Notes: a model not told the origin generated them from the sequence alone. A stretch of DNA of 64,000 nucleotides from Camelus ferus (GCF_009834535.1 NC_045721.1:14446001-14510000); one strand, 5' to 3'; shown: positions 25,039 to 36,461, counted from the stretch's first letter. Numbers and translations are program-made.

Positions 25039-25651
25039 AAATGGGCCAAGGGCTCGTTTTTAAAGTTGGCTTGATGCACATCCAGGAGGACTTGTTGGCA
25101 GCAACATTTGCATCAATACCTAATATTCTGTTCGATACAACAGCCACAGTGCATGAGAATCTAAAAATGCAGTTATATGTAGTCCAATAATATATGGACT
25201 TTGTATCGTATGAAGCTATCAAAAACATGTCAACTTTTTCTTAAACCGCTGTACTCAAAAGTAGTTCTAGATCAGACATTCAGTAAGAACCAGAGCATGT
25301 GTTTTTAAAAGGTTAACTTTCAAGGTAAAATTAGATGCACCAATCAAGGAAGAGTCAGCCTCATTTAGGTTTTTTTTTTCTTTACGATCTTCAGAAGTAT
25401 TTAGACTGTAGCTATTCCAATTCTCTTACCTTGTACAGCAGAAATGATACACGTAGCTTCGAATTTAGAAAAGAAAACCTGAATCTAGCTCCGTGAGCCA
25501 AATTTCAGCCCAGGACCAATGCTGTGGTTGCCTTGGGAATTCTTGGGCAGTGGGTTAAGAGGCGGCGTGACGTTGGTTCCTGTGCTGTGAGAAGGGCTCC
25601 ATGCTGGGTAACACTTCGGAGAGTGACGTACGTCAGAGGAGGCAGATCTCA

Positions 25652-27671
25652 TGTTGAATATTCCAGCATTATTTATTTGATCAGAGTAAAATACACTTTC
25701 CATCACTACAAACTGAGCACAACTACAGTTGTTTACACATCCGTATTTTTATGACGTGCCCACATTTTGCAACCTAAGTGAGACATTTGGTTTGAAAATA
25801 ATCTTAACATTCTGTTTTGTTTCCTATCTTCTCTCCTGTTGTCTCCCATTCTCTGAAGACATTTTATATTAATTGTGTAAGAATGATTTCCCCAGACACC
25901 TCAGTGGCACGGAGGACAGCAGGGAAAGTACCATGCTTAAGGGATGGATGGCAAACCCAACTCTGGCCAGTGACGTGGAGAACAACCTGGAAGGGTAAGC
26001 AGAGAGAGAGAGATTCCAGGGGGTGGCAGTGAACCTACGTTCCCATTTATCAGAAACAGACATGGAAGGTTACACACATAATAAACTGGTGAAGGTTAAG
26101 GACTTCAGACACAATCACTAGTAGAACAAAAACATTCATCAGGACTGTCAGTCTGCTACGTAGTGTACATGTAAGTGATGGCTCGAAGATCCACCTCTGG
26201 TGTCCTGAGTCTGTCCTTACTACAGGGGTTGTCTGTACAGCCGTCGAACGTCAGCAACGCCGAGTAGTAAATACTGAGCACAAGGTTGACACACGCAGGC
26301 AGAGGAAGAAAAAGCCATGGTTCTTCCTCCCTCCCCCCACCTCCCTGGAGTATGAGAACTGGGGGAGGGAATAAATGAAGTTTTGGAAAGAAACTGAAAT
26401 GCAACTTGGAGAAGAGTTGTATAAGCCACATTTCCCCTCGTCGGCTGACCACTCCGCCACCTTCCCAAGGACAGGAGGACTGTGTCAAGGTGCACGGTAA
26501 CTTAGTCTTATCTCGCCAGACTTGCTGTTCTGTTATCAAGGTGACCCTGCTCCTCAGTAAGCACTGAACCCTGTCTTTCTCAGTTCTGCCAGCCAGTGAC
26601 GACTCCTCATTCTTCCATCTCTCTAGGGTTTCCCAAAATTTGCACTATTGGATCCAGGCCTTGGTTTATTTGGAACGTGGCTCAGCACCCTGAAGATGCG
26701 CTGGCTCCGGAAAAGCATGTTCCTTGTCCCCGAGAAAAGCTGGAAGGAGGTAGAAGGTTGGCTTTTGTGGCACTGGAGGGGGGAGAAAGGAAAAGACAGG
26801 AAATGGGAATAGTGGGAGAGAAGACAGTTTAAATCACTGAGGATAGCTCAGATCAAGGTAAAAATAAGGCAGAAGGAATACCGTTGGTACTGCCCTTTCT
26901 TTATACAGATTTTTAACAGCAAAATTAGGATTCTACATATGCTTATAGCCTGAAGAAATGGACTGTAGTATTTTAGGTTCACATGGTAAGTTAAAAAAAA
27001 AAATCTAGCTAGTTTCAACTGACATGGCTGGACACTGAGAGGCTGCCAACAAGTTACTCCAAAAGGACGCAGAGGTGTAAAGTCAGAGCTCGCCCACGTC
27101 CACGGGCCGAGCCGAGGTGGTGGTAGAAAATCCTCATTCCAGCAACTACTGCTCTTCCCTCTATGGCTTTTGCAGAGATGCAGACACGGATTCTCACTGG
27201 ACCAGCACATCTCCAGAGGTTCTCAGCTCCTGACTCAATACCCAGCAAAAGAGGCAGCATCAGACACGTGACACTCGGTTACACCCATTTCATTCACACA
27301 TCCCCAGTCAGACCAAAATACACATCACAAGAAGGTGTCTGTGGTGAGGAACATTACAAAGGTTATATAAATCTTTTAACAGGCCCCTGAGAGTTTTCCC
27401 CTTTACGCGTAGGTGAAAAAGGCAACGAACAAGATCTCGTTCCGTAAGTGCTTTGTGCATCAGCGTCGGTCTGCGTAGATCCGTTCCGGCGACATTTTTC
27501 GGGCAGGGTCTCCCGGACCGAGTCCGGAGCCTCGCTCCTGAGTTCGGGTCTGTCTCAGAAGGAGCGGGTCCGGCCATGACGTTCCAGTTCCAGGGCGGGT
27601 GGGCGGGCGGGGCGCGTGGGCGAAGGGAGCTCAGCTTCCGCGCTGGCGAGGGGTCAGTCTGTCTCCAGGCG
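25652..27671 (-). other. MTUS1: MTUS1 3'UTR (about 2 kb)
   Basis: Lies between the TGA at 27672-27674 and the distal AATAAA; the 3' end is inferred. Confidence 0.7.
25672..25677 (-). terminator. MTUS1: MTUS1 distal poly(A) signal AATAAA
   Basis: Minus strand reads gtattttactctgatcaAATAAAtaatgctggaatattcaaca, with UGUA elements upstream; cleavage expected near 25652. Confidence 0.7.
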
Positions 27672-27885
27672 TCATCTGGGTGAGACGCTGGGGCTGGGGA
27701 AGGAGCCGGAGTTCCTCGGCGACTGGAAGGGGATGGCGGGGGACGTGGGCGACCTCTTGGGGCTGCACAGGTCCCCGTTGTGCAGTTTCCAGAGCAGCTC
27801 CTCATTCTCCATGGACAGCCGTTTGTTGACCTTGGACTCCTTCTCCAGCGACTCCTGCAGGACCGCCTGCTCGGTGGAAAGCTGC
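27672..27885 (-). CDS. MTUS1: MTUS1/ATIP last coding exon
   Basis: tcttccag acceptor; encodes (R)[70 protein letters not shown], the ATIP C-terminus. Confidence 0.97.
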
Positions 27886-28396
27886 CTGGAAGACAGGAGA
27901 GGAGAGCCAGAAGCCACGTGGATATGAGGGTTTGTTTTTTCTTAAGTTCAAAAAATTCTATTTTAAATTTGAAAGTCCAAAAAATGACCCCTTTGGAAGG
28001 AAAGAAGCTTCAGGGTGTGGGTTCTGGGCAGAGACCCTGTCAAGTGTAACCTGGAGCCAAAGAAACAGCTGCCCTTTGGGATAATTTCACAGGAGGCTGC
28101 GTGGGGCATCCGCAGATGTCCTGCAGGTCTTACGACTGTCCTGTGTGTGGGGCTGTTTCCCGAAAAGCATCACAAGACCGCTCCCAGCCTCCATCAGCCG
28201 GAACCGCCGGGCAGGCTTGCCCACTTAGGACTCAGCCTCTGGTCCAGGCCACGCTGCTGAGGGCAGCAGGTTTTCCAGACTGAAACCAGAACCTCTTTAA
28301 CCACCAGCTTCAAGCGCACTTCCAGGGGTGTGGTGAGAAAGGCGCACCCCGATGTTCGAGGTGAGGAGGAGCTCGGGGAAGAAGTTTTATTTTTAC

Positions 28397-28494
28397 CTTG
28401 AAATTGCCATGTGCTTGTCCATCCGAGCTTTTAATTCTTCGTTCTCCTGCTGGAATCGCTTCAGTTTGTCGACCAACGCCGTGTTGTTGTCCAC
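28397..28494 (-). CDS. MTUS1: MTUS1 coding exon (98 nt)
   Basis: gccaag acceptor and ag|gtaaaa donor; encodes [32 protein letters not shown](R); phase 0/2 fits. Confidence 0.95.
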
Positions 28495-30962
28495 CTTGGC
28501 GTAAACGAGAGCGCCCACATTTATACGTTAAGAATTAGATAAAGCCCCTCATTTCCTAAGGTAGCTTCCTGCTGCAGGTACGAGCCAGGGAGATTTAATG
28601 AAGGGAAGTTTAATGGTATGTTGACCGTCTCTACGCTGATGCACTGCAAAAAGCATCTCCTGCAGGGCAACAGAGCACCTGGAGCCAGGCCACTTGGAAA
28701 TGGACACAGCCAGGGGGTACCTGACTCATTCCAGGTCACATGGTTTTAGGGTTCCCTCTGAGAATGGGTGCCGTGCCTTTCAGTTTCAAGGTGAAAAAAC
28801 ACAGCAGCAAGGCAGCCAGTGTTATATCAGGGGGTCAGCACAATAGCTACTTACAGAATTTTTTGCCAAACAAAATACCCACATTTGATAAAAACTCACA
28901 GGCTAACAGTTCACAGTTCTTGGCAATGTTTAACATGACCTTGGACATGGTTTCCTGGTTACTGTTCAGCACTTACCTCCAGTGGCCACACAGAGCAATC
29001 TATGCAGCTCTATAGAGCGTCAAAATAAAGATGTGACCGTCCAGAAAGCCTCCCTCCTCAGCTGAACTAAAGATACATTTGCTGGCCCGCCCAGGCTAAA
29101 CTTGGAAGGGAAACAGACTGATTGGTTGAGAGATTAAAGGACAAAATCCCAGAAGACATTAAATCGGTTGGATGAAGGGATGATTACGTCCCAGCTCACT
29201 TCCCACAGGTCAGATCTTCTTATTGGTTGGGAGGTGACATCACGGCTGTCGGCATTCGTTCCAAGGCCCTGCTGTTGCCACAGGTGACTAAGCTCCTTTC
29301 ACTCTGGCTCTTAATTTGTGGTCCCACTGTTCCTTAAAGTCTTACCATCCAGAAAATGCTTAGGACAAGCCAATCAGGTGAAACAAGTGTCCAAAAAATG
29401 TAAGCAGAGTGTAAGAAAAGGGGGGGGGGTGCCTTGGAGTTTCCAGGAACTAATGGAATTCACGATAAAACTTGAGGTGGGAAAATCCGGAATTAGACTG
29501 GGCAGTGATTGGCCTAAACATGTTACCTCGTCCAATTTTACAGGAGAGGAAATTAGCTCCGTGGCTTCACCAGGGCTAGTTATCAGCAGAGCAAGTTTTG
29601 ATACAGAAGCTTTCTGCGCGTCTTACTTTCTACAACAGCCTGGAGCTTACAGATAAACAAGGTAACAGTGGCTTGACCTGCCATCCTGTCAACACATTCT
29701 TCTGCATACACACCATACAGCGCTGACTAATATCATGACACCTCTCGGGCAGGGCAAGGCACAGAAATACTTGCGGACCAGCAAAAATTCAGACGTGTGA
29801 GTAATTTTACAGCAGAGTCTGTTCTTAGTGCACAGGATGATTTGAAAAGTTCTGATGCGTGAATGGCATAGGGGGCAACAAATTATTAACAGGATTATCT
29901 GTTGCATTACTGACGGCCAGGTTGGCCATTATCAGACCTGATATCACAGGATGACCTTTGGCCCGAAATGGTATAGATGCTAGGTTGGGCCCATTAATGG
30001 TTCATGAGTTCCTTTCCTTTGAATTACCCAAAACTTCCGGGTAATTCAAAGTGCGCATATACATCCACAAGGGGGCTTAGCTCTTCCCTCCCTTAAGAGA
30101 GGTAAACAGTCTCCTATCTAGAAGAAAACCCAACTGAATACCAAAACCCAGACAGACAGACAGACACAACTAATGAAGAGCGCCTTCCAAGGGCCCTGTC
30201 ATCCAGGGCTGGCTGGGGCTGGAATGAGGCACTTCTCAACCCTGAGTCACTCAGAATCAGGGGGCGAAGGGACAAGCAGTGGGAGCGGCTGGCACAGTCC
30301 AGAGCGGTGTACAGAGTACGGCAGGGGCTGCTGTGGCAAACCCTGCCCGCTTGGTTAGACCCGGGCTATTAGCAGGCAGATGTGTCCCAGGGCTGGGCCG
30401 AGACTCACAGGCACACGGGGCTTGCCGCTCCCACGCCAACATCAGGCCTCTGCCCAGCGGCCGCAACTAAACCTTAGTCATAACGCTGGCTGCCTGTCCG
30501 GCTGGATTGATTTTATTAAGGCGCAATTCTCTTATTGCAGTCTAATTCCCAAGAAGCAAGATGAATTTAGACAGCAAGAGTGAATTGCTCCAGTGGGATT
30601 GATTAATTTACTGTTTTGAGCATAAGGAACCCACCTAGAGTTGGTGGTATATTAAAGAGCTGGTTTTACATTATTTAAAAATTCTTATGCAAGTGAATAT
30701 TGACAGACCATGGAAATTGGAAAAATGACAACAAAGGTCTCCCAACACAGAATGCTGTATGTTCTTTGGGAAGAAAAAGTTCTACAAGGCAACAATAGAT
30801 AAGCCTTAAGCCAACACAGAATAGAAAATGTAACCTTTTACCTTTCATATGTTTCTAAACACCTATAAATACCAGTTACAACAACTCCACGCTTCTAGTT
30901 CAGAGGCCGGGTCCCGTGTCACAGGTATCAGCCCCTGCGGGACGGCCCTGGAGGGAACATAC

Positions 30963-31079
30963 CAGCTTCTCCATTTTCATTAACTTGACGTCCTGTTGGT
31001 GCAGTTTCTCATTCTTGATCTCTAACACAGCCTTGAGGCTTTCTAACTCTTGCTCCAGATACATCATCTGAGGGTTTTT
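30963..31079 (-). CDS. MTUS1: MTUS1 coding exon (117 nt)
   Basis: cttttccag acceptor and ctg|gtatgt donor; encodes [39 protein letters not shown]. Confidence 0.96.
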
Positions 31080-32769
31080 CTGGAAAAGACACAGCAGGAT
31101 ATAACTCTGATCACTTAACACAATTACCTAGTTCATTGCTTACTACGAAGAAATCTCAGATTAGACTTAGAAATTAGACAAGGAGCAAGAGACTTCCACC
31201 TTCTGACGGCAGTTTTCAAAGAGGTGAAAAGGTTAAGATGTCTTTTATTTCATTCTTATGACCAAAGACTTTGAGATATTTGAAACCAAATATTTCACTC
31301 ATTTATCCATAACTTAATAATGGAAAAATATTAGAAGCACCAAAGATTTTATTCAAAGAGAAAAGCCACCATAGCTTAGAATACAAAACAGAACCCTGGC
31401 TAGAGATTAGGCAATTCCAAGTCCTTCGCTGGTGCCTGGAGGGAGAAAAGGGACCAACAGCCTGCTCTCTCCACCATCAGGAACTGATCAGGAGGGAGAA
31501 GGCAGTGCGTTTACAGGACTCTCTGGGAAACAGCAGAAGCAGCAGTCACGTCCTGAGTCTTCTGGGCTTTTTCTGTGATGGGACTCTGTGGGCCTGGCCA
31601 GACCTCTAGGGCCATAGTAACACCCCATCATTTTATTTGGTGACAATAAAATGGACACCTACATGGCATAGAGCACATGCACTATGAAGATCCTACCCCA
31701 GAGAAATACTGCGTAAAGGGAGAGCACCCTCCGAGTGACCACCACCAGGGTGGCCTCCCTGCCTCCTGGCTTTAATTATGGAAATTCAAGTGAACAGTCC
31801 AAAAATGTATGATAAGGGGTAACAGCACAAGAGCCACTGAAATGATGTTTAATGAGGGAGTTTCTCAGACAAGATGTGTAGATTATCAAAACATCCTCCT
31901 GGGTGGTGGTTAACGCTCTGGACCACCCTTAGGGAGAGTCAGGGAAGAAGCCATTGGGGAATCAGTGAATCAAACCCCTCACCTCGCAGAAGGAGACAGA
32001 GATCCACAGCTCAGGCCACCTCCTCAGGGAGCGGGAAGGTGCTCTAACCAACCCCCAGATCCTCACCTCCAGGGTTCTTCCAGAATCTTCAGAAGTGTCA
32101 TATTCTGTTATCCTTTTACATATGATTTTTTTTAACCCTAAAAGTAGCAAATCCTATCTCTATTGTTTTTGTTAAAACAGCATAATTTACCAATTTAAAA
32201 AAATCAGAGCACACACAGCCTTTTCCTTTTGCACCTTTTCCTTTCCTCTGCCCCCACCCCTCTCCCCCCAGGCAGGCTTAGCCGGGGTGAGGCATCGGAT
32301 ATTCCTGCCTTCCTCAACCTTCCTTCTGCAGTTTTTCAGGAGCGGCTACAGTACCAGGAGGTGCTGTAAAAGCTTTCCCTGAACCACTAAGAAGGTTTAC
32401 ATCCTGCATGAAAAGTCTTACGGATTTCTTTTGCAATCACTGACTTCTTCTAAGACTCTTTTGGAATAAATAGCTTTGAAATTTCACTGACTAGGATCTC
32501 ACCTAATTGTAGTCAAGTGTCTGGAGGGTCCCCCAGTGACAGTATCAGCAAGAGAGCTCACCGAGAGACCCAGGTATTTGATCTTAAACGGCAAAAAAAA
32601 AAAGCCTGACTTCTGCAGCCCAGGCACAAATGTATGGAATGAGAAGACAGAAGCAGCAAAACAAATCCCTTTAAAAAGGGGTTGGGGACTGTGCAGGAGG
32701 GAGTAAGGATACAAGTTGCAGGGGACAGTTTTTACAGGAGAAATTCGTACTTTTCAAGAGCGAGGGTTA

Positions 32770-33135
32770 CCCATACAATGAAATATTGTTTGGCCATAAA
32801 AAGGAATGTTGTACCTGTACCTGCTACACTAGGCATGAACCTTAAGAACAGAAGCTGAGGAAAGAAGCCAGACACAAAAGGCCCCATACAGCACGATTCC
32901 ATTTAAACAAAAGGTCCAGAACAGGCACATTCACAGCAACGGGAAGGAGACCGGTTCCCTTGGGCTGGGGAGCTTGGTAAGGAAATGGGGAATGACTGCT
33001 AATGGGTGCAGGGTTCCTTTTGGGGTGATAAAAATATTCTGGAATTAGATCCTGGTGACCAAGGCACAACCTGTGAACCGCTCAATTGTTCATTTTAAAA
33101 GGGTGAATATTGTGGTAAATTACATCTCCATATAG
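32770..33135 (+). mobile_element. Old L1M (L1MB-like) 3' end
   Basis: ccatacaatgaaatattg...aaaaggaatg...gaagccagacacaaaagg...gatgataaaaatattctggaattag-type L1M tail. Boundaries approximate. Confidence 0.75.
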
Positions 33136-33449
33136 CAAGTTAATTTTTTTTAAAAAAGTCTTCACATAAAACCCTGATCTTATTGATAGTTTTCTTGTCT
33201 TCCTGTAGGTTTTAGCTTAGAACACTTGCAATATATCGGGCTTCATTCATCGGTTACATCAGTTTTTAAGATTTAAAAAAAAAGACATCAGTAAACAAAG
33301 AAGCCACTATGTACAGTTAAAACCACACTCCAAGATATGAAGAGGACTGCAAACCCACAATTTCTCTCGCTGCTGAACGCTTCACTGACTAACAGGACAG
33401 CTGAGCAGGAGGAGAATTCGGCAGGGAGGGAGAAGCAACTGCCACTTAC

Positions 33450-33545
33450 CAAATTTGCTTTCTCTCTTGATATTCTTTTTTGTTCTTCTGATTTCAGCTT
33501 TTCATTTAAAGCATCATTTTCACTCTTCAGATCACTGATTTGTTT
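33450..33545 (-). CDS. MTUS1: MTUS1 coding exon (96 nt)
   Basis: gtgttttag acceptor and ttg|gtaagt donor; encodes [32 protein letters not shown]. Confidence 0.96.
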
Positions 33546-33661
33546 CTAAAACACAAACATGAAATGTGGAACATAAGTGAACAAGCAGCCACCAGAACCA
33601 CACAAACCTCAGAATGACGATTCTGGGCCGGGGAGAAGGGGGGTTCCTGTGTTTCACCTAC

Positions 33662-33735
33662 CTCTAGTGATTCCTGCTGCTCGTAAAGCGAATCCTCAAG
33701 TGATTTCTTTTCTATTTCATGGGTTTTCTTGATTT
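33662..33735 (-). CDS. MTUS1: MTUS1 coding exon (74 nt)
   Basis: ctttccag acceptor and gag|gtaggt donor; encodes (E)IKKTHEIEKKSLEDSLYEQQESLE; followed by a 116-nt intron. Confidence 0.95.
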
Positions 33736-34746
33736 CTGGAAAGAAGTGATCAGTTTTGTGAGGCACTGAATTCTGCAGTCGTTCAAGCGTGTAGACATGA
33801 GGGTGGCTGGTGAAGCACTGTGATCACGGTGCTTGTGTGTGTTTGGCACTTTTATATACATCAAACCACGTGTTCTCAAATTAGCCCCATGAGGACAGTC
33901 GGGCAGATACTCCCATTTTATGAGTGAGAACACTGAGGCCCACAGAGCATGCCTCCCAGGGGGGGGGGGCCTGGAACACTGGCCTTGGCCGCCTGGCCCA
34001 CAGCCCCTGTATTCCTTCCAGCTGCTCTTCACGAACCAAACAGAAGTCTCAGACTAAACCCACCTCTAGCAGGAAGGAGGAACACTGTTTACCAGATGTC
34101 CACCCTGGGCCAGTCACCTCGACACGTTATCACTCTGACTTCACAAGGCAAGTGTTTTTCTGATGAGAAGGCCCTTGACAAAGGCCACAGAGCAGGTCTC
34201 AGCACACGTCCGCCCGCGTCTCTGCAGACGCCCTGGGTTCATGGGCACCTCCAGCTACGTGGGCAGTCACGTTCTGAGAAAAACGGCTTCTTACTCTCTT
34301 CCTTCTACTTCAACCCTGCCCCTCGTGATAGAATAACAACAAAGATTTTTTTTTTTATGAAGTACTGTCCTCATGTCACAGCGTGTCACTGTGTGAGAGT
34401 GTCAGGGGGCTCCTTCCCCGGGGTCAGGATGTGAGCTGCCACTCTCAACTTCCCAGGACCTCCCTGAAGTAGTCAGGCGTGACTACTACCAAAAAAGAAG
34501 GCCTGTAAGTTCCTTAAAAGTTCATCCTATTTCCTAGAAGGCTGGCATTTATAACAATTACTTGCATCCTTGGGGGAAAGGGCACCTGCTCGCAATGAAC
34601 CAATGCAAAAAGAACCCCAGACCCTCCACGCTGAACACCAAAGGGACTCCTCCAGAGCGAGATGTTATGAATCATTTCCGCTTCAAAACATAGCACGCTG
34701 TTCCATGAGATCTCACTCTATTTCAATACCAAAAAACCATTCTTGC

Positions 34747-34852
34747 CTGAAAGGGAAGTTTCATAGACTTTCTTTAGCAATTCTATTTTCTCCGAGTGGC
34801 TCGCTTCAATCTCCAACTTAGAGGTTTCATGGGCAGCGTTTAAGTTGTCAAA
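34747..34852 (-). CDS. MTUS1: MTUS1 coding exon (106 nt) with a GC donor
   Basis: tttctcatag acceptor; encodes [35 protein letters not shown](E); donor reads tcag|GCaaga. Confidence 0.92.
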
Positions 34853-35407
34853 CTATGAGAAAAAAAAACAAACAACAAAAGTTTACCAATAAAATCAGAA
34901 GTCCTAATAAGGTGACTCACAAGCAGCACCACTGGGAGATCTGACGCATGAGCTCGAGTTCACGTTTAAGGGCTATTGGGCACGTGTGAAGAACAACCCG
35001 ACCGGGGGCTGCCAGTGCCACTGCTCCACCTCGTCCCCTTCAGGAACACAAACACACGAGCTCTCCGGGGTTCACTGATGGAAGCGGCCACATCCCTCGT
35101 ACGGAATGAGGATACGTTCCACAGTGACAGGTTGTGATGGCCCCTATATTCTCGGTCGTCACTGGCATCTAGTAGGCACTGTGTAAATATTTGCTAAATG
35201 AAGAGCTGATTTTAAAAGGGAGCAAGGAAATTAAAGAGAGATTTAAGATATACTATTAATTGAAAAATATGAGTTATTAAACAAATGCCATTTTAAAAAA
35301 GAAAAAGAATTGCAAACCATTTGTTTTAGCAGCACACCACCAGGAAGCTTGCAAAGGGCTTATTTCTAGGTAGTAGGATAAAGGGTGGTTTTTTTTTTTT
35401 TTTTTAA

Positions 35408-35985
35408 TATATCCAAAAAAGCAAAAACACTAATTTCAAAAGATACATGCACCCAATGTTCACTTCAGCATTATTTACAATTGCCAAGATATGGAAGCAA
35501 AGTGTCCACTGACAGATGAATGGATAAAGATTTGATATGTATGATACACACACACAATGGAATACTGCTCAGTCATAAGTGGTTGAAATGCTACTATATG
35601 CAGCAACATGGATGGACTTGGAGGGCATTACGCTGAGTGAAATGAGTCATGCAGAAGACAAATACTGTATGTTATCACTTTTATGTGGAATCTAAAAAAT
35701 ACAACAAACTAGTGAAGATAACAAAAAAAGTAGACTCACAAAGAACAAACCAGTGGCTCCCAGTGAGGGGAGGGAAGGGGGACGGGCTATGTAGGGGTGG
35801 GGGGTACTAAAAGGTACAAAATATTAGGTATAAACTAAGCTCTAAGGAGATACTCTACAGCAGGGGGAATATAGCCAATATTTTATAATAACTATAAATG
35901 GAGTATAACCTTTAACAATTGTGAATCACTATATTATACACCTGTAACTGATATAATATTGCACAGCAACAATCCTTCAATTAAA
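35408..35985 (+). mobile_element. Artiodactyl-type L1 3' fragment, probably inverted by twin priming
   Basis: L1 ORF2 end and 3'UTR text (aaagatacatgcacccaatgttc...gggaatatagccaatattttataataac...cttcaattaaa); T17 on its 5' side; TSD taaagggt(g/t)gtttt. Confidence 0.9.
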
Positions 35986-36246
35986 GAGATCTTTTTAAAG
36001 GGTTGTTTTAAATTTTATCTTTCTTTTTTCTTCCCATCTTTTGCTCAACATACGTATATTGCTTTGAGCATTAAAAAAAAAAGTACTTTAAAAAGTATTC
36101 ATGTATTTAAATTATAAGAAAGTCTATCAAGGGATATCCAAAAAAGAGGTCATCCAAGGAAGCTTGTCATCGGACAATTGGGCAACGGTTAGAATTCAAA
36201 ATAACAGCCACAGCCAAGAACACGCTCAGGTCCCGAAAGCACCAAC

Positions 36247-36461
36247 CTGCTCCTGCAGCTGGGTTTTGTACTTCTCTGCTTCTTCGATGTAGATGTTCTG
36301 AAGCTTTTCGCACTCCCCAGTATAAAAGTCTTTAAGCCGGTTCTCCAGCTCTGTTAGATCAGTCTGGTGCTGCTGGTTTAGCTTCTGGACAAATCCTTCA
36401 TAAGCTATTTGCAGCTCATTCCTGGCTTTTTCTAACTTCTCACAGGTGGTTGAAGCAGTGA
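36247..36461 (-). CDS. MTUS1: MTUS1 coding exon (215 nt), coiled coil
   Basis: tcttttcag acceptor and cag|gttggt donor; encodes (V)[71 protein letters not shown]. Confidence 0.96.

Noticed and set aside
31741-31756. CTCF-like CCACCAGGGTGGC (similar at about 36824-36838)
   Set aside because: One extra base between AG and GGC breaks the fixed spacing of the CTCF core.
33527-33766. ORF reading from the 74-nt MTUS1 exon through the 116-nt intron
   Set aside because: Retention shifts the frame and stops in the next exon, well upstream of later junctions, so it is an NMD target rather than a new product.
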